DNA of 64,000 nucleotides from the NCBI GenBank assembly GCA_965213805.1, contig CBDCAG010000001.1:2338726-2402725 (forward strand), in the 5' to 3' direction. Of the stretch, positions 1 through 9,317 are shown piece by piece. The stretch is from an uncultured Granulicella sp. (GTDB taxonomy: Bacteria; Acidobacteriota; Terriglobia; Terriglobales; Acidobacteriaceae). The notes beneath the pieces were generated by a model that had not been told where the DNA came from, ran no database searches, and saw only the letters and a list, made by a program, of their open reading frames with translations. Within the stretch, counting starts at the first letter, position 1; every line of letters begins with the position of its first letter. Both the position numbers and the translations under genes were made by a program.

Positions 1-983
1 TGCTGCGCAAACTCCAGCGGAAAATAGCGCGTCCCCGTCGCCATCCCCTCTTCCTGCACGTACCCGCCCAGGAATCCGAAGACCAGCCTGCCCGCCGAAA
101 TATAAAACGAGTAGGAGACGACCCCGACCGCAATCACCATCGCCGGCATCTTCCAGTCGAGCTTCCCATCTGCCTTGCGCTGATAAAGCGCGGGAAACAA
201 CACCAGCGGATAAAACTTGGTAAACACCGCTAGCCCAAGCAACAGGCCCGTCAGCACCGGCCGCCGCTCGTACCGGAACAGCATCGCGAACACCAGCAGC
301 GCCATCACCATCGCGTCCAGATGTCCCGACCCGCCGAACTCCCAGATCGCAATCGGACACCACGCGTACAGCAGCACCCACTCGCGCGGCCGTCCCAGGC
401 GCCGCAGCAGCAGGATGAGACCGTACACCGTCAGCGCCTCGAAGAGCACCATCGCGAACTTCATCCCGGTTACCGAAGGAGCCAGGAACGTGATGCCATA
501 AAACGCAATCTGCGCCACCGGCGGATAGATGGTGTGCGCATAGTCACGCCGGTTCATGTTGTCGAACAGGTCCTGGTTCGGTGCACGCAAAAACGTCAGC
601 ACCGGATCGCCCGGCACATACCGGTACGGGCTGATGTGCGCATGCTGCACCACGCCGTCCCACGCGTAGCGGTATACGTCCGACGACAGGAACGGGTCGT
701 TGAACAACGCCACCATCCGGCATGCCACCGCGATCCCCAGGATGATCGGCAGCGTGTACTTGTCCGTATTCGCCGGCCGCAGCAGGAACACCAGCAGCGC
801 ACCAAGATAAAGCGCCAGCGACCCGAATGACGTCGCCGCGTTGCCGATGATGAAATCGTTATTCTCCGCCATCAGCTGCCGCGTAAAGCAGATCAGCCCG
901 AAGCCGATCACCAGCAGCGCCAGATTCGTATGCCAGGGCCGTGCGGTCGTCCAATGCGAAGGGCGCACTTCAACAACGTTCAC
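1..983 (-). CDS. Membrane glycosyltransferase, GT87/DUF2029-like (3' end runs off the window)
   Basis: Own translation from the GTG at 983, which overlaps the upstream stop (GTGA): hydrophobic helices plus FLSSDVYRYAWDG...SPYRYVPGDP...HTIYPPVAQ motifs. Not in the ORF track because it is truncated. Confidence 0.75.
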   Translation of the reverse strand, partial: MNVVEVRPSHWTTARPWHTNLALLVIGFGLICFTRQLMAENNDFIIGNAATSFGSLALYLGALLVFLLRPANTDKYTLPIILGIAVACRMVALFNDPFLSSDVYRYAWDGVVQHAHISPYRYVPGDPVLTFLRAPNQDLFDNMNRRDYAHTIYPPVAQIAFYGITFLAPSVTGMKFAMVLFEALTVYGLILLLRRLGRPREWVLLYAWCPIAIWEFGGSGHLDAMVMALLVFAMLFRYERRPVLTGLLLGLAVFTKFYPLVLFPALYQRKADGKLDWKMPAMVIAVGVVSYSFYISAGRLVFGFLGGYVQEEGMATGTRYFPLEFAQ

Positions 984-1753
984 GAGGCAGTCACCGCCGC
1001 CGGATCGAACTGCATTGCAAGCAACATCTCTTTCGTGTGCGGCGCCGCATACCCCGGCAGCGTCGCGAACGAAGGCACCGTCTCGTTCAACAACTCCTCG
1101 TTCAGTACCGCCAGCGTCGCCGCGTCGTCGACGTCGTACCAGGTTGGCAGCAACACCACTTCAAGCCCCGCTTCCGCGCAGCGCGCAACCGTCTCCTCGC
1201 ACACCGACCCGGTACTCCACGTGATCCGTTCAAACGGCTCCCGATGCGCCTGCTTCAGGCCGATCAGGTAGTACCCGCCGTCATGGGACGGCCCCAGCAC
1301 CACGCGATCCCCGGGCCGCGCCAGCGCCTCGACCGCCTGCTGAAACGCCGCCGCCGGCACGGTCGGAGAATCGGAATCGATCAGGCACACCGCGCCGTAC
1401 CCGATTGCCAGGATATCTTCAGCCGCCGCCAGGAGACGCTCCCCGAACGCGTCGCCGCGCTGAAGCACCAGCGCAAAGGTCTCCGGCAGCAGCCCCGCAA
1501 ATAAAGCCTCATCCCCCGCCGGCGTGTACGAGATCAACCCCGCCGAGCCCGCAATCGTCGCCAGGTTTTCCGTCGTATCGCGCAGAAAGCGCACGTTCAG
1601 GGCAGCCGTCTGCTCAAGCGTCAATGGCGGCGAAAGTCGCGTCTTCACCTTGCCCGGCCGCGGCGCCTTCGCCATCACGGCGAGCGCACACAGGTGTTTC
1701 AGCGCAGGAATCGGGTGCGCAGGATCAAGGATCGGGTATGGGCTCTGGCTCAC
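980..1753 (-). CDS. DUF2064/TIGR04282-family glycosyltransferase-like protein
   Basis: MAKAPRPGKVKTRL, LQRGDAFGERL, IDSDSPTVP, VLGPSHDGGYYLIG and WYDVDD motifs; GTG start at 1753 preferred. Confidence 0.85.
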   Translation of the reverse strand: MSQSPYPILDPAHPIPALKHLCALAVMAKAPRPGKVKTRLSPPLTLEQTAALNVRFLRDTTENLATIAGSAGLISYTPAGDEALFAGLLPETFALVLQRGDAFGERLLAAAEDILAIGYGAVCLIDSDSPTVPAAAFQQAVEALARPGDRVVLGPSHDGGYYLIGLKQAHREPFERITWSTGSVCEETVARCAEAGLEVVLLPTWYDVDDAATLAVLNEELLNETVPSFATLPGYAAPHTKEMLLAMQFDPAAVTAS

Positions 1754-1754
1754 G

Positions 1755-2462
1755 TCAGCTCGCCTTCCGGCAAACGGCATACTGGTACCAGCCGTCGAAG
1801 TTCAGTTCCGTCGAAGCCCACGGCACGCACCGCACCAGCGCCTCAAAGTCCGGCCGGCTGATCACGTCGACCTGCTGCGGCTCGCGATACTTGCCCGCAG
1901 GGGAGGTCGTCAGCCGCGACAGCAGCCACATGAACGCAAGCGGAAACCGCGTGCGAAACCCTGACGTCGGCTCGGCAATGAAACATCGGCCCTCCGGCTT
2001 CAGCACACGATGAATCTCCCGAACCACCCCCTGCTTATCCGGAATGATGAGGAACAGTCGCGACACCACGACACAGTCGATCGAGCCCGTCGGATACGGC
2101 AGCGAGTGCGCGTCCGCATGCTGAAAGCTGCAGTTCGAAAGGTTTCTGCTGCGCGCGCGCGACTCCGCCCGCTGGATCAGGTTCTCCGAAAGATCGATGC
2201 CGGTCGTATGCAGATCCGGCAGCTCTTCAGAGAGCCGGCAGGCATAGAAACCCGGTCCGCAGCCCAGTTCGAGCAGGCGCGTGCCCTTTACCGGCGGCTC
2301 ATCCGGAAACAGCGCCTGCGCAATCTCCTGCGTGTGATCGCGGAACAGGTACTCCCGGCAAAGCGCGTAGAACCACGCGCAGCGCTCAAAGAGGCTGTCG
2401 GGTGGAAGGTGGGCAGGGGCGTTCAGGCGGCGTGCGGGCATCTCGCATTCGGTCTGATCCAT
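1755..2462 (-). CDS. Class I SAM-dependent methyltransferase
   Basis: LLELGCGPG motif I, GIDLS, ADAHSLPY, RVLKPEG; start uncertain (2462 ATG or later). Confidence 0.85.
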   Translation of the reverse strand: MDQTECEMPARRLNAPAHLPPDSLFERCAWFYALCREYLFRDHTQEIAQALFPDEPPVKGTRLLELGCGPGFYACRLSEELPDLHTTGIDLSENLIQRAESRARSRNLSNCSFQHADAHSLPYPTGSIDCVVVSRLFLIIPDKQGVVREIHRVLKPEGRCFIAEPTSGFRTRFPLAFMWLLSRLTTSPAGKYREPQQVDVISRPDFEALVRCVPWASTELNFDGWYQYAVCRKAS

Positions 2463-2559
2463 CGTCGGGGAGTTCCTTGGGGTCAGTGTATCTGAAAGGT
2501 TTATCTGCAAAAGGAGGGTGGCGCGTGCGCGGCTCCCGGGACGTACGCGGCGCGTCCGG

Positions 2560-3594
2560 CTAAGCCACGTCCCGCCAGTCGAGGATCACCTTGCCCGAGT
2601 TGCCGCTTGCCATCGCATCGAACCCCTTCTGAAACTCGCTCCAGTTCAGCCGGTGCGTGATGACCGGCGCAATGTCCAGCCCGGACTCAAGCATCACCGT
2701 CATCTTGTACCAGGTCTCGTACATCTCGCGGCCATAGATGCCGCGCAGCGTGATCTGGTTGAAGATCACCCGGTTCCAGTCGATCGCAATCTCGTTGGCC
2801 GGAATTCCCAGCATGGCAATCTTGCCGCCGTGGCTCATATTCGCGATCATGTCGCGAAACGCGCTGCCGTTGCCGGACATCTCGAGCCCGACATCGAAGC
2901 CCTCGACCATATTGAGCTGCAACTGCACATCCGCCATCGAGGTCCTCGTCGGGTCGACCGCCAGCGACACCCCAACCTTCTCGGCCAGCGCCCGGCGATA
3001 CGGATTCGGGTCCGAGATGACGACGTGCCGCGCGCCTGCATGCTTCGCCACCGCCGCCGCCATGATGCCGATCGGCCCCGCACCCGTAACCAGCACATCT
3101 TCGCCCAGCACCGGGAACGCCAGCGCCGTGTGCACCGCGTTGCCGAACGGGTCGAAGATGCTGGCCACCTCGGGAGCGATCCCCGGCGCATGCTGCCAGA
3201 TGTTGGTCGCGGGCAGCACCACGAACTCGGCGAACGCCCCGTTGCGGTTCACACCCAGGCCCTTGGTGTGGGCGCACAGGTGGCGCCGCCCGGCGAGACA
3301 GTTGCGGCAGCGCCCGCACACAACGTGGCCCTCGCCCGAGACCAGCGCGCCGAGCGGCACGTCGTACACGTTCGAGCCGACCTCGACCACCTCCCCGACA
3401 AACTCATGCCCGATGACCAGCCCCACCTCGATCGTCTTCGACGCCCACGCGTCCCAGTCGTGGATATGCAGATCGGTGCCGCAGATACCCGTGTAGAGCA
3501 CGCGGATCTTGACGTCGTTGATGCCGATCTGTGGTTCCGGAACATCCTCAAGCCAGATGCCCTTGGCTGCCTGCGATTTCACCAGTGCCTTCAC
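2560..3594 (-). CDS. tdh: L-threonine 3-dehydrogenase
   Basis: [53 protein letters not shown] match Tdh. Confidence 0.95.
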   Translation of the reverse strand: MKALVKSQAAKGIWLEDVPEPQIGINDVKIRVLYTGICGTDLHIHDWDAWASKTIEVGLVIGHEFVGEVVEVGSNVYDVPLGALVSGEGHVVCGRCRNCLAGRRHLCAHTKGLGVNRNGAFAEFVVLPATNIWQHAPGIAPEVASIFDPFGNAVHTALAFPVLGEDVLVTGAGPIGIMAAAVAKHAGARHVVISDPNPYRRALAEKVGVSLAVDPTRTSMADVQLQLNMVEGFDVGLEMSGNGSAFRDMIANMSHGGKIAMLGIPANEIAIDWNRVIFNQITLRGIYGREMYETWYKMTVMLESGLDIAPVITHRLNWSEFQKGFDAMASGNSGKVILDWRDVA

Positions 3595-3630
3595 GTTTGC
3601 TGCCTTTCCATGACGCGTCCAGGGCTTGCC

Positions 3631-3690
3631 CGCCCCCTGGTGTTATTGCTCAAGATCTTCATGCGAAACAACTTAGGTCTGGACCTCTCC
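3631..3690 (+). repeat. Dispersed repeat family B, degenerate copy
   Basis: CCCCC..TTATTGCTCAAGATCTTCAT..ACTTAGGTCTG resembles the copies at 14287, 39577 and 48631. Confidence 0.5.
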
Positions 3691-3881
3691 GCGGTCCGAA
3701 GCAGCCCTGCATCAAAAACAGGGCAGCCCCTTTTTCCATATGCCTAGTCTACCGAATCCAGGCTGCCGGCACGCAGCGCAGTTCCCGCGGCCAACTGACG
3801 CCCAACGGTCAACCCCGGGCCCCACCCCGCCTTCCGCTGTGAGCAAGCTGTCATTTTCTGGTCTAATACGAGAAACCCTTT

Positions 3882-5159
3882 ATGCCCCCCGCCGCGGTCC
3901 CTGACAACGAGAACGAACGCCTTGCGACGCTGTATCGCTATTCCATTCTGGATACCCTGCCGGAACGCAGCTACGACGATCTGACCGCGCTCGCCAGCTT
4001 CATCTGCGGCGCGCCCATGGCCCTCATCAGCCTCGTCGACAAGGACCGCCAGTGGTTCAAATCCACCATCGGGGTCGAGCTTGACTGCACCTCGCGCGAC
4101 GAAAGCTTCTGCGCCTACACCATTCCCACGCAGCAGATGCTGATCGTCGAAGACACCCACCTGGACCCGCGCTTCGCCGACAACAGCCTCGTCCTGGGCG
4201 AACCTCACATCCGCTTCTACGCCGGCGCGCCCATCATCGCGCCCAACGGGCACGTCCTCGGGACGCTGTGCGTGCTCGACACCCGGCCGCGGACCATGAG
4301 CCGCGAGCAGCGTGCCGCGCTCGATTCCCTCGCCCGCCAGGTCACGTCGCTGATGAATCTGCATCTGCGCCTGCAGGACTACGAGAAGACCGCCGCCGCC
4401 CTCATGCGCAGCGAGAAACTCGCCGCCGTGGGCCGCCTCGCCTCCAGCATGGCGCACGAGATCAACAACCCGCTCGAAGCCGTCACCAACCTGCTCTTCC
4501 TCTCGCGCGGCAACACGCTGGAGCCGCATACGCAGGAGTGGCTCGACCAGGCCGAGATCGAACTGCGCCGGGTTTCGGCCATCGCCAACCAGTCCCTGCG
4601 CTTCCATAAGCAGTCCTCGAAGCCCCAGGCCATCACCTGCCAGAACCTCATCTCCACCACGCTCGACCTGTACGAAGGCCGGCTGAAGAACTCCGGCATC
4701 GCCGTCGAGAAGCGCAAACGCGCCAACGAACCGGTGGAATGCTTCGCCGGCGATATCCGCCAGGTGCTCAGCCACATTCTCACCAACTCCATCGACGCCA
4801 TGCCGGCCGGCGGCCGCCTGCTGGTGCGCAGCCGCCACGCCGCGCAGTGGAACAGCGGCCGCCAGGGCCTGGTCATCACCATCGCCGACGCCGGTACCGG
4901 CATGAGCCGCGCCGTGCAGTCGCAGATGTTCGAGGCCTTCTACACCACCAAGGGCATCGGCGGCTCCGGCCTCGGCCTCTGGATCAGCGCCGACATCATG
5001 GCGCGCCACGGCGGCTCCATCGCCATCCGCAGCAAGGTGGACCGCGGGACCGTCGTCTCTCTCTTCCTGCCGCTCGAAGCCATGAGCCTGCCGCAGACTG
5101 CCGGCAACACTGCCCTGCTCCCCGGCGTGCCACCCGAGGACGCCTCGTTCACCCTTTAG
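3882..5159 (+). CDS. GAF-domain sensor histidine kinase
   Basis: GAF segment (RFYAGAPI..GHVLGTLCVLD), H-box AHEINNPL, N/G boxes NSIDAM, DAGTGM, GSGLGL. Confidence 0.92.
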   Translation: MPPAAVPDNENERLATLYRYSILDTLPERSYDDLTALASFICGAPMALISLVDKDRQWFKSTIGVELDCTSRDESFCAYTIPTQQMLIVEDTHLDPRFADNSLVLGEPHIRFYAGAPIIAPNGHVLGTLCVLDTRPRTMSREQRAALDSLARQVTSLMNLHLRLQDYEKTAAALMRSEKLAAVGRLASSMAHEINNPLEAVTNLLFLSRGNTLEPHTQEWLDQAEIELRRVSAIANQSLRFHKQSSKPQAITCQNLISTTLDLYEGRLKNSGIAVEKRKRANEPVECFAGDIRQVLSHILTNSIDAMPAGGRLLVRSRHAAQWNSGRQGLVITIADAGTGMSRAVQSQMFEAFYTTKGIGGSGLGLWISADIMARHGGSIAIRSKVDRGTVVSLFLPLEAMSLPQTAGNTALLPGVPPEDASFTL

Positions 5160-6259
5160 CGCAGCAGCAGCGCCTCAAAGGCCCCACCGGCAGCCTCCCA
5201 GGTAAATTCCTGGATCAGCTTGTGTCCGTTCCGCGCCAGCTCAAGCCGCAAGTCCTGGTCGCGATAGAGCCGCAGGATATTCGCCGCCAGCGCCGGCGGA
5301 TTCTTGATCGGGCTCAGCAGCGCCGTCTCCCCATCGATCGCAAACGAAGACGACCCCTCAATATCGGTCGAAGCCAGCGCCGCGCCGCACTGCAGCGACT
5401 CCGCCGCCGGCAGCCCGAAGCCCTCGGCCCAGCTCGGCGCAACGAAGATCGACGTCTGGTTGAACAGGCGGCAGAGCAGCTCCTGCGCCGGGTTTTCATG
5501 GTACGTGACGTGGGAAGGCAAACCAGCGGGCCGCGCAGGCAGGCCAAACAGCGTCAGCTTCAACGCCGGCTCCTCGCGCCGCGCCAGCTCAAACGCCGCC
5601 AGCCCGTCCGCCGACCCCTTCCACTCAAGCGAGTGAAACAGCATCAGCACCTGGTTCGGGTCGCGCCCGTCCTGCGGCTTCAGCAGCCGGAAGCGTTCAA
5701 AGTCCAGCCCGTTGTGGATCAGGTACGACGGCTCACCCATCTCGCGCGCGATCCGCTCGAGCCACGTCGAGATCACCACCTTCTCGAGCGGCAGCTTCCA
5801 CGTCCGCAGCACGCGCTCCTCGGCGCCCGACCACGTCTCGAGATGCTGAATCAGGTAGAAGCGCCGCCCTTTGCGCGGGGCATAGGTGGCCGCCCACTCG
5901 GTCGTCTCCCAGGCCGTCGCAATGAGCACATCGGCATCCGGAATGTGCGATTCCGCCAGCGACCAGACCCACCGCAGCTTCACCCTCTGGTGCAGCTTGA
6001 ACCATGACGTCGGCTTGAAATCGCCCGTCAGCTTGATGCGCAGGTACTGCCGCAGCGTCTTCACGCGCTCGCGCCACGAAAGGCTCGCCAACGGCCGATC
6101 GATCAGGTAGATGGCCGGATGAAAGATGGTGACGTCATGCCCGCGCGAGACGAGATAGTTCGCGTACTCATACACAATTTTGAAGCCGCCGATCGGATGA
6201 CTGCCCGGCAGAGGAAGCAGCATCGTGATCTTCAGGGTCGGCTTCTTCAGCTTGGGCAT
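5156..6259 (-). CDS. Glycosyltransferase family 4
   Basis: GGFKIVYEYANYL..GHDV and PSWAEGFGLPAAE (EX7E) GT-B motifs. Confidence 0.9.
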   Translation of the reverse strand: MPKLKKPTLKITMLLPLPGSHPIGGFKIVYEYANYLVSRGHDVTIFHPAIYLIDRPLASLSWRERVKTLRQYLRIKLTGDFKPTSWFKLHQRVKLRWVWSLAESHIPDADVLIATAWETTEWAATYAPRKGRRFYLIQHLETWSGAEERVLRTWKLPLEKVVISTWLERIAREMGEPSYLIHNGLDFERFRLLKPQDGRDPNQVLMLFHSLEWKGSADGLAAFELARREEPALKLTLFGLPARPAGLPSHVTYHENPAQELLCRLFNQTSIFVAPSWAEGFGLPAAESLQCGAALASTDIEGSSSFAIDGETALLSPIKNPPALAANILRLYRDQDLRLELARNGHKLIQEFTWEAAGGAFEALLLR

Positions 6260-6349
6260 GCGGTTCGAACGGTTCCTTGCAGACTGACGTTGCTCGAAGT
6301 GTAGAGGCGCATAAACGCCGTGGCAATGCTACTTGGGTGGAGGGTCCGG

Positions 6350-7447
6350 TCAGCCCCTGGCCGCAGCCGAAGCCAGCGCCGCGACGCTGCGATACGTTGG
6401 CGTAAAGCCAAGCTCACGCGCATATGCGAGGATCTTGTCGAAGTTGAGAGAAATCGTCGCCCCCGCCTTCTGCGTCACCTCGTCCTCAATCGGCAAATCA
6501 AAGTCGTCCGCGCCGTAACGCAGCCCGTCGAGCGCCCGCTCGTTCTGCGTCAGCACCGAGGTACGAATGCGCGGCACGTTGTCGAGGTAAATGCGGCTCA
6601 GCGCCAGGTGACGCAGGTACTCGGCTGTCGTGATCTCGATGCCGCCAATCTGCGTGAAGTACGGCTTGTACGTCCAGCACAGGAAGGACGCCAGCCCATT
6701 CGTCTCATCCTGGAACTGCCGCGTGCGATCCAGATGCTCGATGCGTTCGGCAATCGTCTCGTCGAAGCCGATCACCATCGTCGCCGTCGTCCGCAGGCCC
6801 GCATCGACGATCGCACGCTGCGCCTCGAAGTATTGCGCCACCGTGTACTTGAACTTGCTGTGCCGCTTGCGGAAATCCTCGGTCAGGATCTCCGAACCGC
6901 CGCCCGTGATCCAACGCACGCCCGCCGCCTTGAACCGCGACGCAGCCTCGGCCAGCGGGATCTTTGCGTGATCGGCCAGGTACAAGAACTCCGCAATCGT
7001 CAGCGCGTAAAACTCCAGCGCATCCCCGTACCGAGCGCGGATCGCGGCAAAAAGATCACAGTAATAGTCGAGCGGCAGGTGCGGATTGAAGCCGCCGTTG
7101 AACGCCGCCAGGTCGCCGCCGAGCACCAGCAGTTCATCCAGCTTGGCAAAGACCTCCGCCTGCGAGAGCACATACCCACCCTCCTGCGAAGGCAGCTTGT
7201 AGAACGCGCAGTAGTCGCACTGCGCCACGCACACATTGGTGTAGTTGATGATCCGCATGATCATGTAGGAGCACGCGGACGCCGCATGAAACCGTCCGCG
7301 GACCTGCATCGCCAGCCCGCGAAGCTCTTGATCGGACGCATTCTGCCAGAGCCACAGCGCCTCGTCGTTCGCGATGCGCTCGCCGGCAGCGACCTTGCCG
7401 CGAATCTGGTCGAGCATCAGGTCGAGTGTAGGGGGGGCAGCGCTCAC
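6350..7447 (-). CDS. mqnC: Radical SAM protein, CofH/MqnC family (probable cyclic dehypoxanthinyl futalosine synthase)
   Basis: INYTNVCVAQCDYCAF (CxxxCxxC), GGGSEIL, TTATMVIGFDET..ERIEHL; exact family member uncertain. Confidence 0.65.
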   Translation of the reverse strand: MSAAPPTLDLMLDQIRGKVAAGERIANDEALWLWQNASDQELRGLAMQVRGRFHAASACSYMIMRIINYTNVCVAQCDYCAFYKLPSQEGGYVLSQAEVFAKLDELLVLGGDLAAFNGGFNPHLPLDYYCDLFAAIRARYGDALEFYALTIAEFLYLADHAKIPLAEAASRFKAAGVRWITGGGSEILTEDFRKRHSKFKYTVAQYFEAQRAIVDAGLRTTATMVIGFDETIAERIEHLDRTRQFQDETNGLASFLCWTYKPYFTQIGGIEITTAEYLRHLALSRIYLDNVPRIRTSVLTQNERALDGLRYGADDFDLPIEDEVTQKAGATISLNFDKILAYARELGFTPTYRSVAALASAAARG

Positions 7448-7488
7448 CCCCTTAGTGTAGCGCCCCGGGCACGGGCCGCGAGGGCGGC

Positions 7489-8166
7489 CTACTCGCCCTG
7501 CAAAAACTCCTGCAGCAGCTCTTTGTGGATGCGAATGCGGCCGCTGTATTCGATCATCCCCCGCCGCCGGAAGCGGTTCATGAAAAAGCTCACCCGCGAC
7601 CGCGTCGTGCCGACCAACTCCGCGAGCGCCTCCTGCGTGATCTCCGGGATGAGGCCGCCCTCCCCGGCTGGCCCGTCCTGATCGTCCGGCTCTGCCTCGA
7701 GCATCAGCAGCAGCGTCCGCGCCAGGCGCCGTTCACTACTGTTCAACAACTGATCCACAAAGTCCGCCTGCACCCGGATGCCGCGCTGCAGCAGGAAATT
7801 CCGGAAGAACTCCGAGAAGACTTGTTCCTCCCGCAGCACACGCACCATCTCCTCGCGCTCAATGCGCATCGCCCTGCAGTTGGTCACGGCGGTCGCAGTC
7901 GTCAAGTGACGACTCCCCGGCCTGGTCAACGTCGTCTCCCCCATGAAATCGCCCGCACCCAGCAGCGCTACGGTCGCCTCGCGACCCTCCTCGGTCACAA
8001 TCGTCAGCTTGGCCCGCCCGCTGCGCAGGTAGAAGACGTAGTTGGCATCCGCGCCCTGGTTAAACAGCGCGGTCTTCCGCAGCACTTCGACCAGACGTCG
8101 TCCGGGCCCCTCGGCGTCGAGGAACAGGGAGGAATCGAATGCATCTACTACAACCTGGGGCTCCAT
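7489..8166 (-). CDS. Crp/Fnr family transcriptional regulator
   Basis: cNMP-binding fold (GDFMGE) plus HTH ITQEALAELVGTTRSRVS; ATG at 8166 chosen. Confidence 0.9.
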   Translation of the reverse strand: MEPQVVVDAFDSSLFLDAEGPGRRLVEVLRKTALFNQGADANYVFYLRSGRAKLTIVTEEGREATVALLGAGDFMGETTLTRPGSRHLTTATAVTNCRAMRIEREEMVRVLREEQVFSEFFRNFLLQRGIRVQADFVDQLLNSSERRLARTLLLMLEAEPDDQDGPAGEGGLIPEITQEALAELVGTTRSRVSFFMNRFRRRGMIEYSGRIRIHKELLQEFLQGE

Positions 8167-8627
8167 GTCGCCTAACCCCGCAAAACCGCGCCGGGTTACG
8201 GTACCCCGCAAACCCGGACGGATCCGAACCAGCTTGCGCCGGCTCACCCTTTCGCCCGATTGTACAGCCCCGTGTCGGCTAGCCGACAGAGACATTGGAC
8301 TTATTCCCCCGCCGCGCAGCGAAGCTGTCTTGACAATGCCCCGCAGCCGAGACACCGGCTGTTATTGGAACCAATTCCCGTTTTGGAACTGTTTCGCGCG
8401 GATGAGCCTTCCCATATCGGGAAGAATTACCCCTTACGCCTCAGTGACTTAGCCAACGCGCATCATCTCGTGACGCGCTATGCACAACTTTCCCTCGCAA
8501 ACGCTCTTGCACCCTATGTGACTTTAGCGACATATCGAGCATAATGACTCCCGGATGCAGATTCGCCCCGCCCCAGGGCCGCTGCTCCCGGCCCTGCCTG
8601 TTATTTCAGCCAAGGAGATATCCAAAC

Positions 8628-8930
8628 ATGCAGCAAAGTCTGAATGATTACCTCACCCTCTCGCCGGACATCATCGGCTCGACGTCGGAGATGCTCGTCG
8701 AAATCGCCCGCTCTCTCGTGCAGGATCCCAACCGCGTCTCCGTGCGTTCGATCGTCGAGCCCGACCAGACCAGCTTCATCCTGCGCGTCGCCGCCCACGA
8801 TCTCAGCAAGGTCATCGGCAAGCAAGGCCGCACCGCGCGCTCCATCCGCACCGTGATCAACGCGATCGCGGTGAAAACAAACCACCGCTTCAACATCGAC
8901 ATTCAACCCGACGCAGACTACCTGCACTAA
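8628..8930 (+). CDS. khpA: KH-domain RNA-binding protein (KhpA-like)
   Basis: DLSKVIGKQGRTARSIRTVI (GxxG KH loop); AAGGAG Shine-Dalgarno before ATG 8628. Confidence 0.8.
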   Translation: MQQSLNDYLTLSPDIIGSTSEMLVEIARSLVQDPNRVSVRSIVEPDQTSFILRVAAHDLSKVIGKQGRTARSIRTVINAIAVKTNHRFNIDIQPDADYLH

Positions 8931-8982
8931 CTCCGCATGGCCATCCATCCCCCACCAACCGGCAGCATGGAAAGGTAATCCC

Positions 8983-9267
8983 GTGATGGTCCGCCTGGCC
9001 TTTTATGAGACGGAAGATGGCCGCTTCCTGGTAATCGTGCACGCCCCGGCTCAAGCCTCGGACGCGGACGCTGGCGACGTCGCCCTCGTGCCGTTCGACG
9101 ATGAAAATGTCTTCCTGCACCTGCTGATGCTGGCCGATCTCGGCCTGCTGCGCACCACCCAGATCGCCATCAACGTGCTGCTCAGCATTGCCCAACCGGT
9201 ATCCCCGCAGCGATGGCTCCAGGTCCAGCTTACCGAGGGCGAACAGTCGCTCCTCCACCTCGTCTAG
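8983..9267 (+). CDS. Hypothetical protein (94 aa)
   Basis: GGAAAGG upstream and coding-like codon usage; no recognised motif. Confidence 0.55.
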   Translation: MMVRLAFYETEDGRFLVIVHAPAQASDADAGDVALVPFDDENVFLHLLMLADLGLLRTTQIAINVLLSIAQPVSPQRWLQVQLTEGEQSLLHLV

Positions 9268-9317
9268 GCCCCGTCAGATTTGCAAACGAAATCGAGGGCC
9301 CAGCCATGCAGAAAACG

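Noticed and set aside
8517-8532. Crp-like site TGTGA-N6-CGACA
   Set aside because: Only a partial match, too weak to call without conservation data.
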